From assembly GCF_963668515.2 (NCBI RefSeq), contig NZ_OY764863.2, forward strand, positions 496,719-560,718: a stretch of 64,000 nt of DNA, read 5' to 3'. Made by a program: the position numbers and the translations under genes. Origin of the DNA: an uncultured Ilyobacter sp. Its GTDB lineage: Bacteria > Fusobacteriota > Fusobacteriia > Fusobacteriales > Fusobacteriaceae. Positions 41,310-50,391 of the stretch are shown piece after piece; position 1 is the first letter of the stretch, and every line of letters begins with the position of its first letter. The notes beneath the pieces were generated by a model. The model ran no database searches and was not told the origin of the DNA. It saw only the letters and a program-made list of their open reading frames with translations.

Positions 41310-42218
41310 TTGGTATTTAATGATAAAAAAGACATTGACTATGATGTGGTTCCTGTAAAGGAGTATGATGGTATGGGAGCCAATATTATAAAGATGATGC
41401 TAAACAGCATCTTTGAACCTGGTAGCATGGTTAGGCTCCATGAGAATATACCAGAGAATATCAGAAATCAAATTCCTATCTTTAAGTCAATAAAGGACTA
41501 TCTGAGAATTCTAGAAAGGGAAGGGGAGATCACCCTGACCAAGATAGGAAACCTTCCTCCCAAGTATGTGAAGGAGATATATGAAAACAATGAGATAAAG
41601 GAATACCTTATAGAGGAAGAAGGCTATACGCTGAGAACTGAGCTGGATAGCAGGGGAGTGGAACTTACAAGAATTTTGGCTGGATTATGCAAGTATACTA
41701 AAATCAGAAAAAATAAGCTTTCTCTTACAAAAGCAGGGAAGGATATCTTAAAGGATGAGGCAGAAATGTTCAAAAAGGTTATACAAGTATTTACTATGGG
41801 TTATAACTGGGGATACCTAGACGGACATGAACACAATGTAAGGCTGTCAGAGATAGTCTCATACAATTATTATTTAATAGGAAAATATGGGGAAACCCGA
41901 GAAGAATATGCTTTTTATCTGGATAAGCTGCTGGAGGCTTTTCCCATGGCATTAGAAATAGTAGTTGGGGAAAGTGAGTATGAGACTAAAAAAAAATTTG
42001 GAAGAATAAACTTTTTAAGAACCTTTCAAAGATACATGGAATATATGGGCTTGGTCACATGTAATGAAAAATGGGGTAATGAAAAATTAAAGAAGACGGA
42101 GTTATTTGACAAGGTGATAGACCTCAGTGCTATAGATAGCATGAAAAGATATAACAAGAGGGAAGTAAGGAAAAATCATCTAGAAGATGTGGTGGCTAAA
42201 CTGAACTATAAAAAATGA
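41310..42218 (+). CDS. Hypothetical protein (302 aa)
   Basis: GGAGGAG RBS, TTG start and a long open frame. No family recognised with confidence. Confidence 0.75.
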   Translation: MVFNDKKDIDYDVVPVKEYDGMGANIIKMMLNSIFEPGSMVRLHENIPENIRNQIPIFKSIKDYLRILEREGEITLTKIGNLPPKYVKEIYENNEIKEYLIEEEGYTLRTELDSRGVELTRILAGLCKYTKIRKNKLSLTKAGKDILKDEAEMFKKVIQVFTMGYNWGYLDGHEHNVRLSEIVSYNYYLIGKYGETREEYAFYLDKLLEAFPMALEIVVGESEYETKKKFGRINFLRTFQRYMEYMGLVTCNEKWGNEKLKKTELFDKVIDLSAIDSMKRYNKREVRKNHLEDVVAKLNYKK

Positions 42219-42252
42219 TATATTCATATATGTGACAAAAAGGAGAAATGCT

Positions 42253-45200
42253 ATGAACTTCACAGAAGAGCAACTGGAATTAGCATATATAGAACTCTTG
42301 GAAAACTTGGGATATGAACACAGGCACGGCGGAGGGATAGAAACAGAGGAAAGAGGCAGCTATCAGGAGGTGCTTCTCCTCGATAATCTTAGAGAAGCAG
42401 TCTACCGCATCAACAAAGATATGCCTGTAAGTGCAAAGGACGAAGCCATAAAGAAGGTTAGGTTCCTGTCACATCCTACACAGATAGGAGCCAACGAAGA
42501 GTTCCATAAGATGATAACAGACGGTATAGACGTACCTTACAAGGATGACTCAGGCAATGAGAGATACGGGAAGATCTACCTCTTTGACTTTGAAAATCAC
42601 AATAATAATACCTATCATGCAGTAAACCAATTTACCATAATTGAGAAAACAAACAGAAGACCAGACCTCATACTCTTTGTAAACGGTATTCCTCTGGTGG
42701 TTATAGAGCTGAAGTCCATGATAAACGAAGACGTGGGGATAGAGGAGGCTTACAACCAGATACAGAGATACAAGGAGGAGATCCCGTCACTTTTTAAATA
42801 CAACTCTTTCATAGTCTTAAGTGACGGGATAAATGCCAAAGCAGGGACTATTTCCTCTAACTTTGAGAGGTTCATGAGTTTCAGAAGTGTGGACGGAGAG
42901 ACTATACAGCCGACAGATCAGATGATGATGGAGACACTTACTTATGGAATGCTCACAAGGGAAAGACTTCTAGAGCTGACAAGGGACTATATTCTCTTCA
43001 TGAAGACCAAAACCGAATCGGTAAAGATACTAGCTCAGTACCATCAGTTTTTCGCTGTAAAAAAAGCTTTGGAAAACACAAAACAAGCCAAGGCATCTAA
43101 AGGGAAGATCGGTGTGATATGGCATACTCAGGGTTCTGGTAAATCCCTCACTATGACCTACTACACGGGGCAGCTTATGAAGAAATTCAATAATCCTACT
43201 ATCGTTGTGGTAACAGACAGGAATGATCTGGATAACCAGCTATATGGAACTTTTTCCAAGTGCAGCGATTATCTCGTGGAAAAGCCTAAACAGGCAGATG
43301 ATAAAGACGAACTTAGAAAATACCTCGATGTAAAAAGCGGTGGAATAATATTCACAACTATACAGAAGTTTGCTCCCAAGAAAGGTGAAGAACGTATAGA
43401 AATAATCTCAGACAGAGATGACATAATAGTAATAGCAGACGAGGCCCACAGGAGCCAGTACGGACTTGAGATCAACCAGGATGAAGATGGAAACATGAAA
43501 TACGGTTATGCGAAACATCTGAGAGATGCTCTTCCTAACTCCAACTTTATAGGGTTCACAGGAACGCCTATAGACTTTGAGGACAAATCCACAACAGCAG
43601 TATTCGGAAATTACATAGACACCTACGATATGACAAGAGCTGTAGAAGACGGAGCCACTGTAAGAATCTACTATGAAAATAGATTTGTAAAACTAGGTCT
43701 GTCTGAAATGAATCTTGATGAGGCCGATGATGAGTTTGAAGAGATTATGGAAAATGTGGAGGAATACAAGTCTGAGAGAAAAAAAAGAGAGATAACTAAT
43801 ATGGAAGCGGTCATCGGAAGTCCTTCCAGAATAAGAGATATAGCAAAAGATATCGTGTCTCATTGGGAAAACAGGAGAAGTGCAGCTTTTGGAAAGAGTA
43901 TGATTGTTTGTATGTCCAGAAGAATCTGTGTAGAGCTCTACAAAGCGATAACAGAGCTGAAACCTGATTGGCACCACGATGATAAAGCAAAGGGTAAAAT
44001 CAAGGTTATTATGACTAATAACGCCTCTGATTCCATGGAATGGAAGCAACACTTCACTACAAAGCAAGACAGAGAAGAACTTGCAAATAGGATGAAAGAT
44101 GAAGATGATGAGCTTGAAATATCAATAGTAAGAGATATGTGGCTTACAGGCTTTGACGTGCCTTGTATGCACACTATGTATATAGACAAATCTATGGCTG
44201 GACATAACTTAATGCAGGCTATTGCTAGAGTAAATAGAGTATTTAAAGATAAAGATAGTGGCTTGGTAGTAGATTATATCGGTATAGCTGAAAACCTAAA
44301 AAGAGCCTTAAAACAGTATTCTACTTCTGATAGAAAGACAACTGGAATAGACTTGGACAGAGCTATTCAGATAATGTTGGAATACTATGAAATGGTGAAG
44401 GACCTCTTACACGGCTACGACTACAGCGGTTATAAAAGTAAGAATCCAATGACAAGAGCAAAGTCAATCATGGGTGGAATGAACTATATTATGGAAAAAG
44501 ATATAGACAAAGAGGGCAGCAAGAAAGAATTCCTGAAACAGGTGATTTCCCTTGCTAAGGCCCACGCTCTATGTGTATCTACCGAAGAGGGACAGAGATT
44601 AAATGAAGAGGTTTCATATTTCAAAGCTTTAAAGGCAAGTATAAACAAGCTTGAAAAATCCGACACTGACAAGAAACCTCTTTCTGACGAAGAGATAAAC
44701 AAAAGAATAGCCAAGCTTCTTGGAAACACAATAATTTCAGAAGAGGTAATTGACGTATATAAAGAGCTGGGACTTGAAGCTCCGAATATGTCTCTACTGT
44801 CTGATGAATTTTTGGAAGAGATAAGATCAATGGAATATAAGAACCTGGCCGTAGAGATGCTTAGAAAGCTGATAGACGGTAATATAAGGGTGAGTTCTAA
44901 GAGAAACCTTGTAATGTCAGAGAAATTCTCGGAAAAGCTAAAGAAATCAATCCAGGCATATAAAAACAAGGCTATAACAAGTATGGAAGTTCTTGATGAA
45001 TTGGTTAAAATGGCAAAAGAGTTTCAGGAGATGCATAATAAAAACAATGATCTCGGACTGACTGATGATGAAATAGCCTTCTATCATGCACTGGCTACTG
45101 AGGATATCCTTGCTGAAATGGAAAACTGCGATACACTTAAAGCTATAGCGATAGAACTTACACGATCTATAAAGGCCAATCTCAAGGTGGATTGGTACGA

Positions 45201-45342
45201 GAAAGAAAGTGCAAGAGCAGCTATGAGAATAAGTATCAAGAGGCTTCTAAAGAAATACGACTATCCACCAAAGGGCAGAGAAAAAGCTCTAGATACTGTT
45301 TTGAGACAGGCAAAATTAATGTGTGAAGAGATGGTAGCATAA
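42253..45342 (+). CDS. hsdR: Type I R-M endonuclease subunit R
   Basis: RPDLILFVNGIPLVVIELK nuclease motif, WHTQGSGKS Walker A, DEAH box and MWLTGFD. Confidence 0.97.
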   Translation: MNFTEEQLELAYIELLENLGYEHRHGGGIETEERGSYQEVLLLDNLREAVYRINKDMPVSAKDEAIKKVRFLSHPTQIGANEEFHKMITDGIDVPYKDDSGNERYGKIYLFDFENHNNNTYHAVNQFTIIEKTNRRPDLILFVNGIPLVVIELKSMINEDVGIEEAYNQIQRYKEEIPSLFKYNSFIVLSDGINAKAGTISSNFERFMSFRSVDGETIQPTDQMMMETLTYGMLTRERLLELTRDYILFMKTKTESVKILAQYHQFFAVKKALENTKQAKASKGKIGVIWHTQGSGKSLTMTYYTGQLMKKFNNPTIVVVTDRNDLDNQLYGTFSKCSDYLVEKPKQADDKDELRKYLDVKSGGIIFTTIQKFAPKKGEERIEIISDRDDIIVIADEAHRSQYGLEINQDEDGNMKYGYAKHLRDALPNSNFIGFTGTPIDFEDKSTTAVFGNYIDTYDMTRAVEDGATVRIYYENRFVKLGLSEMNLDEADDEFEEIMENVEEYKSERKKREITNMEAVIGSPSRIRDIAKDIVSHWENRRSAAFGKSMIVCMSRRICVELYKAITELKPDWHHDDKAKGKIKVIMTNNASDSMEWKQHFTTKQDREELANRMKDEDDELEISIVRDMWLTGFDVPCMHTMYIDKSMAGHNLMQAIARVNRVFKDKDSGLVVDYIGIAENLKRALKQYSTSDRKTTGIDLDRAIQIMLEYYEMVKDLLHGYDYSGYKSKNPMTRAKSIMGGMNYIMEKDIDKEGSKKEFLKQVISLAKAHALCVSTEEGQRLNEEVSYFKALKASINKLEKSDTDKKPLSDEEINKRIAKLLGNTIISEEVIDVYKELGLEAPNMSLLSDEFLEEIRSMEYKNLAVEMLRKLIDGNIRVSSKRNLVMSEKFSEKLKKSIQAYKNKAITSMEVLDELVKMAKEFQEMHNKNNDLGLTDDEIAFYHALATEDILAEMENCDTLKAIAIELTRSIKANLKVDWYEKESARAAMRISIKRLLKKYDYPPKGREKALDTVLRQAKLMCEEMVA

Positions 45343-45356
45343 GAGGAGGAATTACC

Positions 45357-45572
45357 GTGGCTGATATCAAATTTGAAATAGTAGAAAATCTTGGAGTAAT
45401 CGGTGAAGGTGCAAAGGGATGGAAGAAAGAAGTAAACTTTATATCCTGGAACAACAGAGCTCCTAAAATAGACATCAGGGACTGGGACTCAAACCATGAG
45501 AAGATGGGAAAAGGTATCACGTTGTCCAAGGAAGAAGCTAAAAAATTGAAAGAGATACTTAGTGAAATGTAA
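45357..45572 (+). CDS. YdbC / PC4-like ssDNA-binding protein
   Basis: GWKKEVNFISWN...KIDIRDW...MGKGITL signature. GAGGAGG RBS. Confidence 0.88.
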   Translation: MADIKFEIVENLGVIGEGAKGWKKEVNFISWNNRAPKIDIRDWDSNHEKMGKGITLSKEEAKKLKEILSEM

Positions 45573-45593
45573 TTTTAAAATTAATAGAACTGT

Positions 45594-45625
45594 GAGAGAC
45601 TCCATTTCAGGGGTCTCTTTTTTTT
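45594..45625 (+). terminator. Intrinsic terminator of the R-M operon
   Basis: GAGAGACTCC-ATTTCA-GGGGTCTCT stem followed by a T-run. Confidence 0.8.
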
Positions 45626-45959
45626 ACCTAGAGTAAGCCGGTGGATTATGCAGGCAGGATTTATTAATACAAAAATTTCCCCTTTTTTTATTTCCTGAAT
45701 TGTCAATTTAAATCAGAAATTTTAGCCAATCAGACCGAGGCATTTTTTCGACTCGCAACGGTCCTCGGTCTAAATTGTTTTTCATGACGATTCGCTTTCT
45801 AGACACTGTAAATCCTCCCTTTGTTAATTTCCTGTGAAGATAAAAACTACAGTGTGGCCAGCTCGGTTCATCATTTTTTTGGAAATTCAGAAAAAAAATC
45901 TAAAAAATAAAATAACAGGGGCCTGTTTCTCTCTAGACACCTGTATCATTAAAAAAGTA

Positions 45960-46053
45960 TGGCGGAAATGTGTAGGAATCGAACCTACCGACGACTCACG
46001 CCGCCCACACGGTTTTGAAGACCGGGGAGAACACCAGTTGCTCATCCAATTCC
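45960..46053 (-). tRNA. selC: tRNA-Sec (anticodon TCA), 94 nt, CCA encoded
   Basis: CTTCAAA anticodon loop, long variable arm, GTAGG-TTCGATT-CCTAC T arm and a GCCA end. Adjacent to selA/selB. Confidence 0.95.
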
Positions 46054-46068
46054 ATTTTTTCAATATTT

Positions 46069-46097
46069 AGTATACCATTGTCAGACAGAAGCGTCAA
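46069..46097 (-). promoter_or_regulatory. Sigma70-type promoter of selC
   Basis: TTGACG-17 bp-TATACT with an extended TG. Confidence 0.8.
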
Positions 46098-46270
46098 CAG
46101 TTTTAAAGAATAGCTTTACTGGTTTTAAGTTGTATATTACTAATTTTTTTAATATTATGACATACAGATAATTAGAAATATTGAGATATTATCTTTAAAA
46201 TGGTATTATTGTATTTGAATGTGTATATCTTACGAAGTTAGAGACTTGTCTGATAAAAAAGAGAAATGTA

Positions 46271-46693
46271 GTGGATAAAATAAATATTTTAAAAATCAGA
46301 AAAACAGCTGAAAATTACTATAAAAATGGCGACTTTTATTGTTCAGAAGTTGTTATAAAAACTTTAAAAGATGTCTTTAAACCCGAAATAGGGGATGAAG
46401 TGATCGCATTGGCGTCAGGATTTCCTGTGGGAATGGGGAATGCAGGTTGTACCTGTGGTGCTGTTGTGGGAGCCCAGATGTCCTTAGGACTTATCTTTGG
46501 AAGACAAAAATCCAAGGGAAAAGAAGTAAAAAAAACTATGGAACTATCCAAAGAGATTCATGATATATTCAGAAAAAATAATAAAACTCTTTGCTGTCGG
46601 ATACTCACAAAAGATATGAAACTTGGTTCTAAGAAGCATATGACACAGTGTGTGAAATTCACAGGTGATATGCAGAAACTGCAGCAAAAATAA
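46271..46693 (+). CDS. C-GCAxxG-C-C family protein, probably frameshifted near the C-terminus
   Basis: FYCSE, GCTCGAVVG, CC and QCV motifs. The family-like tail AETAAKIIAREL continues in another frame after 46672. Confidence 0.8.
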   Translation: MDKINILKIRKTAENYYKNGDFYCSEVVIKTLKDVFKPEIGDEVIALASGFPVGMGNAGCTCGAVVGAQMSLGLIFGRQKSKGKEVKKTMELSKEIHDIFRKNNKTLCCRILTKDMKLGSKKHMTQCVKFTGDMQKLQQK

Positions 46694-46867
46694 TAGCAAG
46701 AGAGTTGTCCATAGAAACTGAAGAAGGTAATATCGATTCAACAGAGAAAAGAGACTTTTTTAGTAAAATTTTTAGAAAATAAAGATTATCAATTTTATAA
46801 AAAACAGATAAAAAATATAAAAGTTAGTTTCAATATTTGGTGGCTTTGAAAGGTGGGGTAAAAAATT

Positions 46868-48244
46868 TTGAAAAAAGAATTATTCAAGCAACTTCCAAAG
46901 GTAGATGAAATAATAAAAATACCTGAAATAATAGAACTCTCTAAAAATATAGATTATTTCAATTTTACAGAGGGAATAAGAGACGGAATTGACCACTTTA
47001 GACAGGGAATAGCACGGGGGATTATAACCGAGCTTCATCTAAAAGATGTCGTAGAAACTATCAAAAATATCATAGAAAAAAAATCTCAGATGAATCTAAG
47101 AAATGTGATAAATGCAACAGGGACATTGGTGCATACAAACCTTGGAAGATCATTGATCTCTGAAAAAGCAGCCAAAAATGTGGTAGATGTAATAACATCA
47201 TACAACAATCTGGAATATAACCTTGAAGAGGGGATCAGAGGCAGCAGGTATGATCATATAGAAAAACTCATATGCACAGTTACAGGTGCTGAAGCGGCAG
47301 TTCTTACAAATAACAATGCGGCAGCGGTAATGCTGGCTTTAAATGAGTTTGCAAAAGACGGGGAAGCCGTTGTATCAAGAGGGGAACTTGTAGAGATCGG
47401 AGGTTCTTTCAGAGTCCCGGATATAATGAAAATATCAGGTACAAAACTTGTAGAGGTAGGAACAACAAACAGAACTCATTCAAAAGATTATAAGGAAGCA
47501 ATATCAGAAAATACATCTATGCTCCTCAAGATTCATACATCAAATTATAAAATTGTGGGCTTCACCAAGGAAGTTACAAATAATGAACTTGCTGAGATAG
47601 GAAGAGAAAATAACGTCCTTACAATGGAGGACCTTGGAAGTGGTGTACTTGTGGACTTTGGTAAGTACGGGTTAAAAAAAGAACCTACGGTACAGGAAAG
47701 TATAGCATCTGGAATAGATCTGATTACCTTTAGTGGAGATAAACTTTTAGGAGGACCTCAGGCTGGAATAATAGTAGGAAAGAAAAAGTATATAGACAGG
47801 CTAAAAAAGAATCAGCTGTTAAGAGCCCTAAGAGTAAGTAAAATGGCATTGGCAGCCCTAGAACCAACCTTAAGATATTATTTAAATGAGAGAGAGGCTA
47901 TAGAGAAAATTCCTACTCTTAAGATGATATTAGAGGATACTGTTAAGGTGAAGGAGAGGGCGGCAAAGTTACTTGAAATCCTTCAAAAGAACAACGTCAA
48001 GTGTAGACTTGTGGAAACTGAAGCAACGATAGGCGGTGGTTCTATGCCGGGAGAAACAATAAATAGCTATGGGGTGGGTATAGAGGGTAATCCTGTGGAA
48101 CTAGAAAGAGAATTCAGATCAGGTACACCTCATATTGTGGGGATAATAAGAAATAATCAATTTATATTAGATGCTAAAGCTGTTAAGGATAGTGAAATAC
48201 ATCCAGTTGCCAACAGAGCAGTTGATATTATAAAAAACAAATAA
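46868..48244 (+). CDS. selA: L-seryl-tRNA(Sec) selenium transferase
   Basis: VINATGTLVHTNLGRS, SRGELVEIGGSFR and FSGDKLLGGPQAG motifs. Confidence 0.97.
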   Translation: MKKELFKQLPKVDEIIKIPEIIELSKNIDYFNFTEGIRDGIDHFRQGIARGIITELHLKDVVETIKNIIEKKSQMNLRNVINATGTLVHTNLGRSLISEKAAKNVVDVITSYNNLEYNLEEGIRGSRYDHIEKLICTVTGAEAAVLTNNNAAAVMLALNEFAKDGEAVVSRGELVEIGGSFRVPDIMKISGTKLVEVGTTNRTHSKDYKEAISENTSMLLKIHTSNYKIVGFTKEVTNNELAEIGRENNVLTMEDLGSGVLVDFGKYGLKKEPTVQESIASGIDLITFSGDKLLGGPQAGIIVGKKKYIDRLKKNQLLRALRVSKMALAALEPTLRYYLNEREAIEKIPTLKMILEDTVKVKERAAKLLEILQKNNVKCRLVETEATIGGGSMPGETINSYGVGIEGNPVELEREFRSGTPHIVGIIRNNQFILDAKAVKDSEIHPVANRAVDIIKNK

Positions 48245-48341
48245 TAAAAGTCTAAAGTCACACACAAAAAAATATTGATGAAAAGCCAAACATTAACTAA
48301 ATGAGAAGTTTAAATGACAGATTGTTCAAAGAGGTGAAGGT

Positions 48342-50252
48342 ATGAGAAATATTGTAATCGGTACAGCGGGGCACATAGATCACGGTAAAACTACCCTTGT
48401 AAGAAACCTCACGGGAATAGATACAGATATACTGCCAGAGGAGAAAAAAAGGGGAATGACTATAAACCTTGGATTCACATATCTTACACTGGAATCAGGT
48501 AAAAAAATTGGTCTTATAGATGTACCGGGGCATGAAAAGTTTATAAAAAATATGGTGTCTGGAGTAAGTGGTATTGACTTTATGATGCTGGTGGTAGCAG
48601 CAGACGATGGTATAATGCCCCAGACAAGAGAACATTTTAATGTGATAAAGCTTCTTGGTGTAAAAAGAGGAGTAGTGGTAGTAACCAAAACTGACCTTGT
48701 TTCTAGTGAAAGAATAACTGAGGTAAAGAGTGAGGTTAGGGAAGAATTTAAAGGAAGTTTTGTAGATAGATGTGAAATATTAGAAGTAAATGCTAGAGAT
48801 CTAAATAGCTACGGCTCTCTAAAAAAACTTTTGAACAATGAGATAGAAAAAATAGAGGATGAAGCCGAAGATAAGAAATACTTCAGGCTACATGTGGACA
48901 GAGTGTTCAATGTAAAGGGATTTGGAACTGTTGTAACTGGTACTTCTATGGGGTCTTTGATACACGAAGGAGATATTCTGACCCTATACCCTCAGATGAA
49001 AAATGTGAGAGTGAGAGGGATACAAAACCACGGAGAAAGCGTAGTGAGTCTTGAAGCTGGTAACAGATGTGCATTAAATCTTGGAGGAGTAGAAGTAAAG
49101 GATATAAAAAGAGGCGATATCCTAGGAACTCCAGAAACTCTTTCTACCTCAGATAGAATTGATGTAAACCTTCACATACTTAAAGGAAAAAAAGATATAA
49201 AAAATAATCATAGAATAAGACTTCACCTGGGAACAACTGAGGTAATCGGAAGAATAAGGCTGTTTGCAATTGACGAACTGGCAGCAGGAGATGAAAGTCT
49301 CGCTCAGCTTTTATTGGAAAGTCCTGTAGTAGGTCTTCCCGGAGATATTGGTATTGTTAGAAACTTCTCCCCTATGGATACCATAGGCAGTGTGAAAATA
49401 CTTAGTATGAATGGGGAAAAGGTAAAGAGAAAAAACTCAGAGTATATTGATTCTCTGACTAATTTATTAAATGGAAGCTCAGACCATAAGATAGAAAGGT
49501 GGTTAATTGAAAATAGTGAATTCTTTCCTACACTAAAGGAGATAACCATTGCTACTGGCATTGAAATTGCAGAAAAAGTAGTGAAAAATCTTATTGATAA
49601 TGGAAAAGTATTCTGTCTAAAAGAGATGGGTTTCAAGAGATACTTTCATATAAATCATATGATAAAGATTGAAAAAGAAATATCTTTACTCCTAAAAGAT
49701 TTTCACGAAAAAAACCCTCTAAGACCAGGAGCAAATAAATCTGAGATTAAGAATAAATACTTTGCTAAAAAACTTAAAGTTAAAAATTTTAATGAAGTAT
49801 TTGATCTTCTAGAAGAAAGAGGAAGCATCAAAGTAAATGAAAACACCGTACATCTTTCAGACTTTAAAATAAAACTGAATAAGAAACAAAAAAAAATAAA
49901 GGATATTATCCTTATAAAATATAAGGAACAGGGCTTTAAACCTCCAAAATATATTGAACTTGAAACTCTTGTCCAAGATAAAAAAGGTCTTGAGGAGATC
50001 CACACCCTTCTTATAGATACCGGGCTTCTTATCCCCTTAGACAAAGACATATGTTTCATGAAGGGATTTTTCAATGAGGGAGAAATGAGGATAAAAGAGA
50101 AGTCTAAAGCAACTGGAAAAATAACCCTAGGTGAAACAAGAGAAATACTTGAAACAAGCAGAAAATTTGCATTGGCATTTTTAGAAAAACTTGATTCCAT
50201 GGGTATAACTAAAAGAATTGACAATTATAGAGTGATATTATCCAGTTCATAA
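48342..50252 (+). CDS. selB: Selenocysteine-specific elongation factor
   Basis: GTAGHIDHGKT, DVPGHEKFIKNM and a C-terminal winged helix ending SRKFALAFLEKLD. Confidence 0.97.
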   Translation: MRNIVIGTAGHIDHGKTTLVRNLTGIDTDILPEEKKRGMTINLGFTYLTLESGKKIGLIDVPGHEKFIKNMVSGVSGIDFMMLVVAADDGIMPQTREHFNVIKLLGVKRGVVVVTKTDLVSSERITEVKSEVREEFKGSFVDRCEILEVNARDLNSYGSLKKLLNNEIEKIEDEAEDKKYFRLHVDRVFNVKGFGTVVTGTSMGSLIHEGDILTLYPQMKNVRVRGIQNHGESVVSLEAGNRCALNLGGVEVKDIKRGDILGTPETLSTSDRIDVNLHILKGKKDIKNNHRIRLHLGTTEVIGRIRLFAIDELAAGDESLAQLLLESPVVGLPGDIGIVRNFSPMDTIGSVKILSMNGEKVKRKNSEYIDSLTNLLNGSSDHKIERWLIENSEFFPTLKEITIATGIEIAEKVVKNLIDNGKVFCLKEMGFKRYFHINHMIKIEKEISLLLKDFHEKNPLRPGANKSEIKNKYFAKKLKVKNFNEVFDLLEERGSIKVNENTVHLSDFKIKLNKKQKKIKDIILIKYKEQGFKPPKYIELETLVQDKKGLEEIHTLLIDTGLLIPLDKDICFMKGFFNEGEMRIKEKSKATGKITLGETREILETSRKFALAFLEKLDSMGITKRIDNYRVILSSS

Positions 50253-50327
50253 TATCAAAGTGGTGAAAATAAAAATATATTGAAAAAGAATCAGTAAGAT
50301 AGCCTTTCCTTTTAAATTTCTTTGAGT

Positions 50328-50363
50328 CCAGTCCATTAACCAGTCCATTAACCAGTCCATTAA
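50328..50363 (+). repeat. 12-bp tandem repeat x3 (CCAGTCCATTAA)
   Basis: Three exact copies directly before a terminator. Confidence 0.9.
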
Positions 50364-50390
50364 AAAGAAGACCCCTAGGGGTCTTCTTTT
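50363..50390. terminator. Bidirectional terminator between selB and argF
   Basis: AAAAGAAGACCCC-TA-GGGGTCTTCTTTT perfect inverted repeat. Confidence 0.85.
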
Positions 50391-50391
50391 T

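Noticed and set aside
34300-45960. Integrative element inserted at the tRNA-Sec 3' end
   Set aside because: The position is suggestive, but I found no duplicated tRNA 3' end (att) and no integrase in the window.
45834-46070. 78-aa ORF
   Set aside because: It is the antisense translation of tRNA-Sec.
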